Below, in pieces: positions 9,806 through 20,258 of a stretch of DNA of 64,000 nt. The notes under the pieces were generated by a model. It saw nothing but the letters and a program-made list of their open reading frames with translations, was not told where the DNA came from and ran no database searches. The stretch is from Burkholderiales bacterium (lineage in GTDB: Bacteria; Pseudomonadota; Gammaproteobacteria; Burkholderiales; JAHFRG01), in assembly GCA_036522275.1 (NCBI GenBank), contig DATDGC010000003.1, positions 5,214 through 69,213 on the forward strand, written 5' to 3'. A program made the position numbers and the translations under genes. Numbering within the stretch: position 1 is the first letter of the stretch; every line of letters begins with the position of its first letter.

Positions 9806-11500
9806 TCACTGAATTTCGTGCGGAAAGTACTTCATCACGCAGCGCAGCGGATTGGGCGCTGCCTGTCCCAGCCCGCAAATTGAAGCATCGGCCATTGCTA
9901 CTGAGAGTTCTTCGAGCAGTTCCTGGTTCCATTTCGGCGCGTCCATGAGCTTCAGCGCCTTGACGGTGCCGACACGGCAGGGTGTGCATTGTCCGCACGA
10001 TTCTTCGGAAAAGAATTTCATAAGGTTGCGCGCCGCCACCGCAGCACTGTCCCGGTCTGACAAAATAATCACCGCCGCCGAGCCGATAAAGCAACCATAC
10101 TCGTTAAAAGTATCGAAATCCATCGGAATATTGCCCATGGACGCTGGCAGAATGCCGCCCGATGCGCCGCCGGGAAGATAAGCATAAAATTCGTGTCCGG
10201 GCAGAATTCCGCCGCAGAATTCGTCTATCAGCTCGCGCACGGTGATGCCGGCAGGTGCGAGATGTACACCGGGTTTTTGCACGCGTCCGGATACCGAGAA
10301 CGAGCGCAAACCCTTGCGTCCGTGGCGGCCGTGCGAGGAAAACCACTCGGCGCCCTTTTCCAGAATGTCGCGCACCCAATAAAGCGTTTCCATGTTGTGC
10401 TCAAGCGTTGGCCTGTCAAATAAGCCCACTTGGGCGACATAAGGCGGGCGCAGCCGCGGCATGCCGCGCTTGCCTTCTATGGATTCAATCATCGCCGACT
10501 CTTCACCGCAGATGTAGGCACCGGCGCCGCGCCGCAAATGCATTTTCGGCAGTCGGCACGGAGAATTAGCAGTCAAGCTGGCGAGCTCTTTGGTGAGGAT
10601 CTCGCGGCAGCCGGCGTATTCATCGCGCAGATAAATATAGATTTCGTGAATCTCCACCGCCCACGCCGCAATCAGCATGCCTTCAAGGAAACGATGCGGA
10701 TCGCGCTCCAGGTAATAGCGGTCTTTAAACGTGCCGGGCTCGCCTTCGTCTATGTTCACCGCCATGAGACGCGGTGCGGGCTCGCACCTCACGATGCGCC
10801 ACTTGCGGCCAGCGGGAAAGCCTGCGCCGCCCAAGCCGCGCAAGTCTGAGTCTTCCATGATCTTGATCACCGATTCGGCTTCGTGATCACCTTTTACGCA
10901 ATCCACCAGCAACTGATAGCCGGTATGTTTGCGGTATTCTTCGTAGCCGATGTAGGAAGAGACCGGGCATTTGCTTGCCTTGGCGTTAACCGCGGATTGC
11001 ACCTGGCTAATGGTGGCGTGCGCCAGCGGATTTTGCCCTACCACCGCCACCGGCGCCTGCTCACAACGCCCAACGCAGGGCGCGGGTATTACTCTTACTG
11101 CGGAACCAAGGGCGCGCTTGAGTTCGGAGATCAGCTGCTGCGCGCCGGCCAATTCACAGGAAAGCGAATCGCACACGCGAATGGTCATCGCCGGCGGCGT
11201 ATTTTCTCCTTCCTTGATGACATCGAAATGATGATAGAACGTCGCGACCTCAAAAACTTCAGCAGTGGCAAGCCTCATTTCTGAAGCCAGCGCAACGATG
11301 TGACGGGACGAGATATGGCCGTAGCGGTCCTGGATTTTGTGCAAATGCTCTATCAGTAGGTCGCAGCTACGCGATTCGTTGCCGAGCAGCGCCTGTACTT
11401 CCGCCAGCGCGGCAGAATCGACGATACGGCCCTTGGGAGTGGCGCGCACGCTCCGCTGTTTCGAGCGACTGCCAAAGGGCTTATCTCCGGCCATCAACAC
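9806..11500 (-). CDS. fdhB: Formate dehydrogenase beta subunit, NuoE-like/NuoF-like fusion (diaphorase)
   Basis: 564 aa. The N-terminal thioredoxin-like 2Fe-2S part (CDSLSC...CVGRC) is fused to an FMN/NAD(H) module (GLGGAGFPAGRKW, ICGEESAMIESIEGKRG, ESCGQCTPCRVG). Confidence 0.85.
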   Translation of the reverse strand: MLMAGDKPFGSRSKQRSVRATPKGRIVDSAALAEVQALLGNESRSCDLLIEHLHKIQDRYGHISSRHIVALASEMRLATAEVFEVATFYHHFDVIKEGENTPPAMTIRVCDSLSCELAGAQQLISELKRALGSAVRVIPAPCVGRCEQAPVAVVGQNPLAHATISQVQSAVNAKASKCPVSSYIGYEEYRKHTGYQLLVDCVKGDHEAESVIKIMEDSDLRGLGGAGFPAGRKWRIVRCEPAPRLMAVNIDEGEPGTFKDRYYLERDPHRFLEGMLIAAWAVEIHEIYIYLRDEYAGCREILTKELASLTANSPCRLPKMHLRRGAGAYICGEESAMIESIEGKRGMPRLRPPYVAQVGLFDRPTLEHNMETLYWVRDILEKGAEWFSSHGRHGRKGLRSFSVSGRVQKPGVHLAPAGITVRELIDEFCGGILPGHEFYAYLPGGASGGILPASMGNIPMDFDTFNEYGCFIGSAAVIILSDRDSAAVAARNLMKFFSEESCGQCTPCRVGTVKALKLMDAPKWNQELLEELSVAMADASICGLGQAAPNPLRCVMKYFPHEIQ

Positions 11501-11629
11501 TCCTCTCTATGCAAAACTTTGATTCCGCACCCAGTTTTCATGCCAACGCACTAGTTCAAGCTACACTGTCGAATTATACGAATTTTTTTACGACTTGCGG
11601 CAGCTTGCGGGAGCAGCAAGCAGAAACTG

Positions 11630-12526
11630 TCAAGAAAACTGTTGCAAACTTAAGAGCACTGACTTCAGCAACTTTCCCATCTCGGCAGGATTGCGGGTAA
11701 CTTTTATCCCGCACTCCTCCATTACGGCCAACTTTGCCTGCGCGGTTCCTTTGCCTCCGGAAATGATGGCGCCTGCGTGCCCCATTCTTTTCCCGGGCGG
11801 GGCGGTAACGCCGGCGATAAAGCCAACCACCGGTTTTTGCATATTGGTCTTGATCCAGCGTGCGCAGTCTTCCTCGTCGGTGCCGCCGATTTCGCCCACC
11901 ATGACCACCGCGTCGGTATCAGGATCTTCATTGAACATTTTCATGACATCAATGTGCTTGAGTCCGTTTACCGGATCGCCGCCGATGCCGACGCAGGTGG
12001 ATTGCCCCAGTCCTTGCTCCATCAACTGTCCCACCGCCTCATAGGTCAGCGTGCCGGAGCGCGAGACCACGCCGATACGGCCTTTCTCGTGAATATGCCC
12101 CGGCATGATGCCAATCTTGATTTCATCCGGAGTAATCACACCCGGGCAGTTGGGGCCGATTAAAACAGTTTTTGTGCTGCGCATCTTGTAGCGGGTGCCA
12201 ATCATGTCGCGCACCGGTATGCCTTCGGTGATGCAAATCACCAAATCGAGGTCGGCTTCCACCGCTTCATCTATCGCTGCCGCGGCAAATGGCGCGGGAA
12301 CATAAATCACCGAAACGGTGGCGCCGGTTTTTTCCCTGGCTTCGCGCACCGTGTTGAAAATCGGGATTCCCTCGAAATCCTGCCCGCCTTTACCGGGGGT
12401 CACGCCGGCGACGAAGCAGTCCCTGCCGTTCGCATAATCGCGGCATATACGGGTATGGAACTGCCCGGTTTTGCCGGTAATGCCCTGGGTCATTACCCGC
12501 GTATTTTTGTTTATTAAAATCGCCAT
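11630..12526 (-). CDS. sucD: Succinyl-CoA synthetase alpha subunit
   Basis: 298 aa. Near-colinear with E. coli SucD motifs: [49 protein letters not shown] and [14 protein letters not shown]. Confidence 0.93.
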   Translation of the reverse strand: MAILINKNTRVMTQGITGKTGQFHTRICRDYANGRDCFVAGVTPGKGGQDFEGIPIFNTVREAREKTGATVSVIYVPAPFAAAAIDEAVEADLDLVICITEGIPVRDMIGTRYKMRSTKTVLIGPNCPGVITPDEIKIGIMPGHIHEKGRIGVVSRSGTLTYEAVGQLMEQGLGQSTCVGIGGDPVNGLKHIDVMKMFNEDPDTDAVVMVGEIGGTDEEDCARWIKTNMQKPVVGFIAGVTAPPGKRMGHAGAIISGGKGTAQAKLAVMEECGIKVTRNPAEMGKLLKSVLLSLQQFS

Positions 12527-12569
12527 TAACTATGAGTCCTTTTCCCATTTCCTCACTCAATTCACTCTT

Positions 12570-13736
12570 TCACTCTCTATTAGCGGCGGCAACAACTTTT
12601 TGCGCAGCATCCGCCATATTGCTTGCGGAAATGATGGGCAATCCCGATTCGGCAAGGATTTTCTTTCCCACACTCACATTGGTGCCTTCCAGCCGCACCA
12701 CCAGCGGCACGTTAAGATGCACCTGTTTCACAGCGGCGACAATGCCTTCTGCGATCACGTCGCATTTCATGATGCCGCCGAAAATGTTGACGAGAATCGC
12801 TTTCACTTTGGAATTTTTCAGCATAATCTTGAACGCTTCGGTCACTTTCTCGGCGGAGGCACCGCCGCCGACGTCGAGAAAGTTGGCAGGCGAGCCGCCG
12901 TAGAGCTTGGTGATATCCATTGTCGCCATAGCGAGGCCCGCGCCGTTCACCAGACAGCCGATGTTACCATCCAGAGAAATGTAGGATAAGTCGTGCGTTG
13001 ACGCTTCGATTTCCATTGGATCTTCTTCATCGAGATCACGCATTGCCACGATCTCGGGGTGTCGGTAGAGCGCGTTTTCATCGAAATTCATTTTTGCATC
13101 CAGCGCCAGCACGCGGTTGTCGCCGGTCACAATCAGCGGGTTGATTTCCGCAAGAGAAGCATCAGTTTCGACAAACGCCTTGTATAGCCCCTTGAGAAAA
13201 TCGCGCGCCTGCGCAACGGCAGCTTCGGGAATACCGATTTTGCGCGCCACCCCTTCAGCATCTTTGTCGGTCAACCCCGACTTCGGGTCGATGAACACTT
13301 TATGGATTTTTTCCGGCGACTTCGCCGCGACTTCCTCGATTTCAGTGCCGCCTTCCGAGCTTGCCATCAGCACCACACGTTGTGTCGTGCGGTCCACCAC
13401 CATGCCAATATAGAGTTCCTTTTTAATATCGGCGCCCTCCTCGATCAGCAGGCGCTTGACTATTCTCCCTTCGGGTCCGGTTTGGTGCGTCACCAGCTTC
13501 GCGCCAAGAATCCGGCTGGCAAACTGTTTGACTTCATCCAGCGACTTCGCGACTTTCACGCCGCCGCCCTTGCCGCGTCCGCCGGCATGAATTTGCGCTT
13601 TCACCACCCAGACTTTGCCACTGAGTTGCTGCGCCGCCTTTACCGCCTCGTCAACCGAAAAGCAGGCCATGCCGTGCGGCGCGGCTACGCCGTACTTTCT
13701 CAGAATTTCCTTTGCCTGATATTCGTGCACCTTCAT
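12570..13736 (-). CDS. sucC: Succinyl-CoA synthetase beta subunit
   Basis: 388 aa with [38 protein letters not shown] and [11 protein letters not shown]. Confidence 0.93.
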   Translation of the reverse strand: MKVHEYQAKEILRKYGVAAPHGMACFSVDEAVKAAQQLSGKVWVVKAQIHAGGRGKGGGVKVAKSLDEVKQFASRILGAKLVTHQTGPEGRIVKRLLIEEGADIKKELYIGMVVDRTTQRVVLMASSEGGTEIEEVAAKSPEKIHKVFIDPKSGLTDKDAEGVARKIGIPEAAVAQARDFLKGLYKAFVETDASLAEINPLIVTGDNRVLALDAKMNFDENALYRHPEIVAMRDLDEEDPMEIEASTHDLSYISLDGNIGCLVNGAGLAMATMDITKLYGGSPANFLDVGGGASAEKVTEAFKIMLKNSKVKAILVNIFGGIMKCDVIAEGIVAAVKQVHLNVPLVVRLEGTNVSVGKKILAESGLPIISASNMADAAQKVVAAANRE

Positions 13737-13790
13737 CGTCGCCTCTGTACGGAATCCCGCTTCCGTCCCAACGGAAACGCGTCAAACAGG

Positions 13791-16085
13791 CTAAATTTTC
13801 AGACTGGCCTGCACGAAGTGCTCGGCGTTGGCATCCACCACCGCCAACGCGGACATGTTGACGATGCGGCGCACCGTGGCAGTAGGCGTGAGTATATGAA
13901 CCGGCTTGGCGCAACCAAGCAGAATCGGGCCTACAGTGATGCCTTCACCCAGCATCTTGATCAGGTTGAACGAAATATTGGCAGCGTCCAGCGTTGGCAT
14001 GATGAGCAGATTGGCGCGTCCCTGCAGCCGCGAATTGAGAAACACTTGGTTGCGAATCTCTTCCGACAACGCAGCATCGCCGTGCATTTCTCCATCGACT
14101 TCGAGATTGGGCGCAAGCTTCTCCAAAAGCCTGAGTGCTTCGCGCATCTTGCGCGAAGAGGGCGTGTCCACGCTGCCGAAACTGGAGTGGGATAGCAGCG
14201 CTACTTTCGGTGTCATGCCAAAGCGCTGCACTTCTTCCGCCGCAAGCATGGTCATCTCCGCAATTTGCTCCGCGCTCGGGTCGGGGGTGACGTAAGTATC
14301 GCAAATGAAAAACGTGCCTTTGGGGTGAAGCAGCATGTTCATCGCCGCTGCGTTGTGCACGCCCGGGCGCAGTCCCAGCGCGTCCATCACGAAATCAAGA
14401 TGCAATTGGTAGTGACCGAAAGTGCCGCACAACATGGCTTCTGCCTCTCCCATGTGCAGCATCAGCGCGCCAATCAGCGTGGTGCGCCGGCGCACTTCGC
14501 GGCGCGCGTATTCGATGGACACGCCACGCCGCTGCATCATGCTGTAATAGGTATTCCAGTATTCCTGGTAGCGCGGCAGGTTCTCCGGGTTGATGAGCTC
14601 GAAATCCACCTTGGGCTGGATACGCAGGCCCAGTTTTTGAATACGCTCGTTAACTACTGCAGGACGACCGATAACGATAGGTTGCGCCAAACCTTCGTCC
14701 ACCACCTGTTGCACGGCGTGCAGCACGCGATCATCCTCGCCCTCGCAGTACACCAGCCGCTTCGGTGATTGCTTCGCCGCCTCGAACACCGGCTTCATGG
14801 TGAGGCCCGAGCGATGGATGAACTGCATGAGCCGATCGCGATAGGCATTGAAATCGGTAATCGGCCGCGTGGCCACACCGCTGTCCATCGCCGCCTTGGC
14901 CACCGCTGGCGCAATCTTGAGAATGAGCCGGGGATCAAATGGTTTGGGAATGAGATATTCCGGTCCGAAACTTAAGTTCTGCTCACCGTAAGCCATCGCC
15001 ACGATGTCGGACTGCTCCGCATGCGCAAGGTCGGCAAGTGCACACACTGCAGCGAGTTTCATATCCTCGTTGATGGTAGTGGCGCCGACATCCAGTGCGC
15101 CTCGGAAAATAAAAGGAAAGCACAACACGTTGTTGACCTGGTTTGGATAATCCGATCGGCCGGTGGCGATCACCACGTCGGGGCGAGCTTCCTTGGCGAC
15201 TTCCGGCCGGATTTCGGGCTCGGGATTGGCGAGCGCCAGAATCAGCGGTTGCTTCGCCATTTGATTCACCATTTCCGGTTTCAGCACGCCCGGGCCGGAA
15301 AGCCCGAGGAAAATGTCGGCACCGACTATCGCCTCGCCCAAGGTGCGCGCCTTGGTCTTTGCCGCGTAGCGTGCTTTGCTGGGGTCAGTTGCCTCGGTGC
15401 GCCCCTCGTACACCACGCCTTTGGTGTCGGCGATGATGACGTTTTCCTTGCGCAGGCCCAGGCTCACCAGGAGATCCAGGCAGGCAATCGCCGCCGCGCC
15501 TGCGCCGGAACAAACGAACTTGACCTTGGCGATGTCCTTACCCACCACGCGCAAGCCATTCAGCACCGCCGCGCCGACGATGATCGCGGTGCCGTGCTGA
15601 TCGTCGTGAAACACCGGGATTTTGAGGCGGCTTCTCAGCTTGCGCTCGACTTCAAAACACTCCGGCGCTTTGATGTCTTCGAGATTGATGCCGCCGAAAG
15701 TAGGTTCCAGGCTGGCGATGATGTCCACCAGCTTGTCCGGGTCGCGCTCGTTGATTTCGATGTCGAAGACGTTGATGCCGGAGAATTTCTTGAAGAGAAC
15801 CCCTTTTCCTTCCATCACCGGTTTAGCCGCAAGCGGCCCGATGGCCCCGAGCCCCAGCACTGCCGTGCCATTGGTAATGACCGCAACCAGGTTGCCGCGG
15901 CCGGTGTAGTAAAATGCCGCGTTCGGGTTTTCGGCGATTTCGAGGCAGGGCACGGCCACACCGGGTGTATAGGCGAGCGCCAGATCGGCCTGGGTGGCAA
16001 GCGGCTTGGTAGCGACGACTTCGGTTTTTCCGGGGGTGGGGAAGCGGTGGTAATGCAGCGCGTCTTCGGTTAACTTGTCAGGCAT
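13791..16085 (-). CDS. maeB: NADP-dependent malic enzyme (malic enzyme plus PTA-like C-terminal domain)
   Basis: 764 aa. The N-terminal malic enzyme part ([34 protein letters not shown]) is followed by a phosphate-acetyltransferase-like domain of about 330 aa. Confidence 0.93.
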   Translation of the reverse strand: MPDKLTEDALHYHRFPTPGKTEVVATKPLATQADLALAYTPGVAVPCLEIAENPNAAFYYTGRGNLVAVITNGTAVLGLGAIGPLAAKPVMEGKGVLFKKFSGINVFDIEINERDPDKLVDIIASLEPTFGGINLEDIKAPECFEVERKLRSRLKIPVFHDDQHGTAIIVGAAVLNGLRVVGKDIAKVKFVCSGAGAAAIACLDLLVSLGLRKENVIIADTKGVVYEGRTEATDPSKARYAAKTKARTLGEAIVGADIFLGLSGPGVLKPEMVNQMAKQPLILALANPEPEIRPEVAKEARPDVVIATGRSDYPNQVNNVLCFPFIFRGALDVGATTINEDMKLAAVCALADLAHAEQSDIVAMAYGEQNLSFGPEYLIPKPFDPRLILKIAPAVAKAAMDSGVATRPITDFNAYRDRLMQFIHRSGLTMKPVFEAAKQSPKRLVYCEGEDDRVLHAVQQVVDEGLAQPIVIGRPAVVNERIQKLGLRIQPKVDFELINPENLPRYQEYWNTYYSMMQRRGVSIEYARREVRRRTTLIGALMLHMGEAEAMLCGTFGHYQLHLDFVMDALGLRPGVHNAAAMNMLLHPKGTFFICDTYVTPDPSAEQIAEMTMLAAEEVQRFGMTPKVALLSHSSFGSVDTPSSRKMREALRLLEKLAPNLEVDGEMHGDAALSEEIRNQVFLNSRLQGRANLLIMPTLDAANISFNLIKMLGEGITVGPILLGCAKPVHILTPTATVRRIVNMSALAVVDANAEHFVQASLKI

Positions 16086-16106
16086 TTTCTATATGATAGA
16101 GAAAAA

Positions 16107-16182
16107 TGGTGCCGGCAAAAGGAATCGAACCCTCGACCAACTGATTACAAATCAGCTGCTCTACCAACTGAGCTATGCCGGC
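16107..16182 (-). tRNA. tRNA-Thr (anticodon UGU)
   Basis: The minus strand reads GCCGGCATAGCTCAGTTGGTAGAGCAGCTGATTTGTAATCAGTTGGTCGAGGGTTCGATTCCTTTTGCCGGCACCA. It folds as a cloverleaf with a 7-bp acceptor stem, a GCTC/GAGC D stem, a GCTGA/TCAGT anticodon stem with loop TTTGTAA, a GGTTCGATTCC T-arm and an encoded CCA. It ends 21 nt upstream of the maeB start. Confidence 0.9.
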
Positions 16183-16233
16183 GTGGGTTTGATTATAGTG
16201 GAACGAAAGTGGGTTGACCACGAAAGACCGCTT

Positions 16234-16629
16234 TTATTTGACGATTTGCAGGCGCGGTTTTCCATTGGGAGTGGAAGGCGATGAGTTGTCATCGCCAGCA
16301 GTTTGTTCGGTCGCACTTGGCACATCGTTGAAAAACAGGCCTTGGCCGTTTTCCTTGGCGAAAATACCGTTCACCGTCTCCATGGGAACGGACAGCTCGC
16401 GCGAGACACCGTTAAAGCGCGCGGAAAACTGGATAAGGTCGTTGCCCAAGGTAAGATTGCGCGTTGCATCCGGGCTGATGTTGATAATGATCTCGCCGTT
16501 TTTCACGTATTCCATCGGCACGCGCGTGCGCTCGTTTACGCGTACCGCGAGATAGGGTGTAAGCCCGCTGTCGGCGCACCATTCATAGAGCGCCCGAACC
16601 AAATACGGCTTGTTTGATATATTTTTCAT
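16234..16629 (-). CDS. sspB: Stringent starvation protein B (ClpXP specificity-enhancing factor)
   Basis: 131 aa. The N-terminus PYLVRALYEWCADSGLTPYLAV is typical of SspB. Lies downstream of sspA. Confidence 0.9.
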   Translation of the reverse strand: MKNISNKPYLVRALYEWCADSGLTPYLAVRVNERTRVPMEYVKNGEIIINISPDATRNLTLGNDLIQFSARFNGVSRELSVPMETVNGIFAKENGQGLFFNDVPSATEQTAGDDNSSPSTPNGKPRLQIVK

Positions 16630-16787
16630 TCGTTATCTACGCAAATTAGTCTGGCAAGTCGAGCAAAACAAGTATTTGGTTCCGAGACAAGTCGCAAGCT
16701 TTGATCGATGCGGAGTGTATGTTAGAAATACATGAGCATTCGAGCAAAGCAAGCAACGCAGTATCGGGACCAAAGACGCTGTTTTGC

Positions 16788-17387
16788 TCATTTGCGCATC
16801 ACTCTTTCCGGTGCTGTCAGCGCCTCGATGAAAGCCGGCCGGCTGAACAGGCGCTCCGCGTATTTCATGAACGGTGCGGCCTGCTTGCCGAGCTGTATGC
16901 CGTAATGGTCAAGCCGCCACAGTAGCGGCGCGATTGCCACGTCCAGCATGGAAAATTCCTCGCCCAGCATATACCTCTGCTTGGCGAACACTGGCGCGAT
17001 TTGCGTCAGGTTGTCGCGAATCACCGCACGCGCCTTGTCTGCCGTTTTCTGGTTGCCCTGCTCGATCGCGTCTATCTGCGAGAACAATTCCAGCTCAAAG
17101 CGGAATAGGAATAATCTTGCCCGCGCGCGCATCACCGGGTCGGCTGGAATCAACTGCGGATGTGGATAGCGATCGTCAATATATTCGTTGATGATATTGG
17201 CCTCGTAGAGTATCAAATCCCGCTCCACCAGTACCGGCACACGGTTGTACGGATTCATCACCGCCAAATCCTCCGGCATGTTGTAGAGGTCAACATCCAC
17301 GATCTGAAAATCCATGCCTTTTTCGTAGAGCACGATACGGCAGCGGTGACTGAAAAGGCAGGTCGTCCCGGAATATAAGGTCATCAT
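16788..17387 (-). CDS. sspA: Stringent starvation protein A (GST-like)
   Basis: 199 aa, GST fold, in the conserved petABC-sspA-sspB order. Confidence 0.9.
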   Translation of the reverse strand: MMTLYSGTTCLFSHRCRIVLYEKGMDFQIVDVDLYNMPEDLAVMNPYNRVPVLVERDLILYEANIINEYIDDRYPHPQLIPADPVMRARARLFLFRFELELFSQIDAIEQGNQKTADKARAVIRDNLTQIAPVFAKQRYMLGEEFSMLDVAIAPLLWRLDHYGIQLGKQAAPFMKYAERLFSRPAFIEALTAPERVMRK

Positions 17388-17444
17388 AGCTGTTACCGCC
17401 CACGGTATTGTTGAGTGGAACTGCTCCCCACGTTAAAGATGTTT

Positions 17445-18173
17445 CTAATGAACGTCCTTCCAGAATTCTTTTTTCAGCATATAAGTCACGACAAACGCGA
17501 TAGCCAGGAAAAACACAACAAAAATTCCCAATTGCAAGCGGAAAGTCTTGGCCGGCTCCGCCATGAACACCAGGTAATTCACCAGGTCGGCAACCAGCAT
17601 GTCGTACTGGGCCGGGGTCAGCATCCCCGGTTTCTCCAGCACTAAATTTTGCACTTCACGCTTGTGGCCGTGCGCATCAGTCTGCACTTCTGTTCTCAGC
17701 GCCTGTACTCCCTGCAACTCGTGCAACACATGCGGCATGCCCACTCTGGAAAACACCGTGTTGTTCCAGCCGGTATGCGTGGTGTTGTCACGGTAAAAAC
17801 CGCGCAGATAGGTGTAAAGCCAATCTGCACCGCGCGAGCGGGCGATGAGGGAAAGATCGGGCGGCGTGGCACCGAACCAGTCCTTGGCGTCGTTCTTGTC
17901 CATCGCCACCGTCATGGTGTCCCCCACGCGCTTAGCGACGGCGAACATCAGGTTATCCTTGATCTGCTGTTCGCTAAGTCCCAAATCCTGCAAGCGGTTA
18001 TAGCGCATGTAGGCGGCGTTGTGACAGGTCAGACAATAGTTAATAAAAATGTGCGCGCCGCGCTGCAGCGAAATCGTGTCGTGCAAATCCACCGGTGCCG
18101 GGTCAAGCTTGATATCGCTTGAGGCAAACGCCACAAAAGGGGCAAGCAGCAGAACCGGCAGAATGTTCTTCAT
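17445..18173 (-). CDS. petC: Cytochrome c1 of the bc1 complex
   Basis: 242 aa with a signal peptide, heme motif CLTCHNAAYMRY and a C-terminal TM anchor. Confidence 0.9.
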   Translation of the reverse strand: MKNILPVLLLAPFVAFASSDIKLDPAPVDLHDTISLQRGAHIFINYCLTCHNAAYMRYNRLQDLGLSEQQIKDNLMFAVAKRVGDTMTVAMDKNDAKDWFGATPPDLSLIARSRGADWLYTYLRGFYRDNTTHTGWNNTVFSRVGMPHVLHELQGVQALRTEVQTDAHGHKREVQNLVLEKPGMLTPAQYDMLVADLVNYLVFMAEPAKTFRLQLGIFVVFFLAIAFVVTYMLKKEFWKDVH

Positions 18174-19417
18174 TATCTCACCCTATCCGGTACCGGTTTG
18201 GTCCTGTCTATTTTGGTGTACCACGGCATCAGGATAAAGAACAGGAAGTAAATAACGGTACTTATTTGCGCTACTAGCGTCCGTATCTCGTTCACCGGCT
18301 GCGTGCCGAGATAGCCGAGGACGATGAAGCTGATAGTGAACAACGTCAACGCCGTCTTGTAGATCGGACCGCGGTAGCGGATTGATTTGACCGGGCTGCG
18401 GTCAAGCCATGGCAGGAAGAAAAAGATGATGACCGCTAGACCCATGAACATTACGCCCCAAAGTTTAGCGGGTACCCACAAGAAATTGAAGGTATTAGCG
18501 CGCAGGATGGAATAATAAGACGTGAAGTACCAGAGCGGCGCAATATGCTCAGGGGTTTTCAAAAAATCTGCCGGGATAAAATTATTGTACTCCAGGAAAT
18601 AACCGCCCATATCCGGAATGAAGAACACGATGACCGAGAATACGATAAGAAAAATCACGACCCCCACCATGTCTTTCACTGTGTAATACGGGTGGAAAGG
18701 GATGCCATCGAGGGGGATGCCGGTTTTCGGGTCCTTGTGCTTCTTGATCTCGATGCCGTCCGGATTATTCGAGCCTACTTCGTGCAGCGCAATTAGGTGC
18801 GCCGCTACCAATCCCAGCAACACCAACGGCACTGCGATGACGTGATACGCAAAGAAGCGGTTGAGCGTGGCGTCGGAAACTGCATAGTCGCCGCGTATCC
18901 ACAGCGCAAGATCGGGGCCGACCAAGGGGATTGCGTCGAACAGGTTGATGATCACCTGCGCGCCCCAGTATGACATCTGTCCCCACGGCAGCAGGTAGCC
19001 GAAGAACGCCTCCGCCATCAGGCACAAATAAATCAGCATGCCGAAAATCCAGAGGAGCTCGCGCGGCTTGCGGTAGGAGCCATAGAGAATGCCCCTGAAC
19101 ATGTGCAGATACACCACCACGAAAAACATCGATGAGCCGGTGGAATGCATGTAGCGGATCAGCCAGCCCCAAGACACATCACGCATGATGTATTCCACCG
19201 AGGCAAATGCGAGATTCGCATCCGGCTTGTAATTCATGGTCATAAAAATCCCGGTGACGATTTGCATTACCAGCACCAGGAGCGCGAGCGAGCCGAAAAA
19301 ATACCAAAAGTTGAAATTTTTCGGTGCGTAATATTCGGAAAGATGCGTCTTCCATGTGGTCGTCAGCGGAAAGCGCTCGTCCACCCAGTTGAGGAGTGCG
19401 GTCATTTTATTATTCAT
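18173..19417 (-). CDS. petB: Cytochrome b of the bc1 complex
   Basis: 414 aa polytopic protein with a cytochrome b N-terminal region (YYAPKNFNFWYFFGSLALLVLVMQIVTGIF). Confidence 0.95.
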   Translation of the reverse strand: MNNKMTALLNWVDERFPLTTTWKTHLSEYYAPKNFNFWYFFGSLALLVLVMQIVTGIFMTMNYKPDANLAFASVEYIMRDVSWGWLIRYMHSTGSSMFFVVVYLHMFRGILYGSYRKPRELLWIFGMLIYLCLMAEAFFGYLLPWGQMSYWGAQVIINLFDAIPLVGPDLALWIRGDYAVSDATLNRFFAYHVIAVPLVLLGLVAAHLIALHEVGSNNPDGIEIKKHKDPKTGIPLDGIPFHPYYTVKDMVGVVIFLIVFSVIVFFIPDMGGYFLEYNNFIPADFLKTPEHIAPLWYFTSYYSILRANTFNFLWVPAKLWGVMFMGLAVIIFFFLPWLDRSPVKSIRYRGPIYKTALTLFTISFIVLGYLGTQPVNEIRTLVAQISTVIYFLFFILMPWYTKIDRTKPVPDRVR

Positions 19418-19419
19418 TA

Positions 19420-20016
19420 TCAGGCTACCTTGGAGTCCTCGCCGATCAAAATCTTGCTGTCGCTGAGATACTTGTGTGGTGGAACCACCAAATTAGTCGG
19501 CGCGGGAAAGCCTTTGAACACTCTACCGGCGAGATCGAAGCGTGAGCCGTGACAGGGGCAGAAAAAGCCACCCGGCCAGTCGGCGCCGAGGTCAGCCACT
19601 CCCTCTTCCTTGCGGAAAGTCGGCGAGCAGCCCAGATGGGTACAAATCCCGACCACTATGAAGTACTCCGGCTTGATTGAGCGCGTGAGATTTTTGCAGT
19701 ATGTCGGCTGTTGGGGCACATCAGAGTCGGGATCGATCAGCCTGTCGCTGAGAGTCGGGAGCGTGTCGAGCATTTCCTTGGTGCGGTTAACGATCCACAC
19801 CACCTTGCCTTGCCACTCCACATCGAGCTTCATCCCCAACTCGACTTTGCCGATGTCCACTTCCACTGGCGCGCCGCCGGCGAGCGCCCGCTGGCTGGGC
19901 ATCATGGAAACGACAAATGGCAGGGCAGAAGCAACGGTCGCCACTCCGCCCACCGCCGTGGTGGTGGCGATGAGAAACCGCCGTTTGCCGCGATTCACCT
20001 GATTGCTGTCGGTCAT
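19420..20016 (-). CDS. petA: Ubiquinol-cytochrome c reductase Rieske iron-sulfur subunit
   Basis: 198 aa with a twin-arginine signal (RRFLIATTTAVGG) and Rieske boxes CTHLGCSP and CPCHGSRF. Confidence 0.95.
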   Translation of the reverse strand: MTDSNQVNRGKRRFLIATTTAVGGVATVASALPFVVSMMPSQRALAGGAPVEVDIGKVELGMKLDVEWQGKVVWIVNRTKEMLDTLPTLSDRLIDPDSDVPQQPTYCKNLTRSIKPEYFIVVGICTHLGCSPTFRKEEGVADLGADWPGGFFCPCHGSRFDLAGRVFKGFPAPTNLVVPPHKYLSDSKILIGEDSKVA

Positions 20017-20258
20017 TCAACGATTCCCTAGTTGCGGAGACTAAAAATCTGATCATTTTACCTGAATCGAAAAGGAAACTTAAATTCTTTGACGCTAAAA
20101 TAGGATGAGGGAGCCGCCAAAAAATACTTTGAATTAGAGAGTTACAACAACTACTCTCGAGATATTTAGAGAGAGTTTGCGCGCAAAAACGCAAGCCGCC
20201 TCTGGACACGGCAAATGTTAATATGCGAGGCAAAAATTGTTTCGTGTTAATAAGTTAA

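Noticed and set aside
11630-13736. Malate thiokinase (mtkAB) instead of succinyl-CoA synthetase, considered because of the neighbouring C1 and malate genes.
   Set aside because: The alpha subunit is near-colinear with E. coli SucD across its diagnostic blocks and differs from the MtkB sequence as I recall it. A phylogeny would settle the question.
15021-16073. Long antisense ORFs throughout the track. Examples are 15021..16073 +, 1954..2892 +, 13302..14195 +, 35826..36650 +, 57532..58239 -, 58887..59774 - and 62245..63150 -.
   Set aside because: Each lies opposite a strongly supported gene. They are Arg/His/Ala/Gly-rich as expected for antisense frames of GC-rich coding DNA, and they show no motifs.
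16107-16182. tRNA-Thr as the attachment site of an integrated island, with the maeB-sucCD-FDH-fhs block to its left.
   Set aside because: I saw no integrase, no direct repeat of the tRNA 3' end and no compositional break. The neighbouring genes are ordinary metabolic genes.
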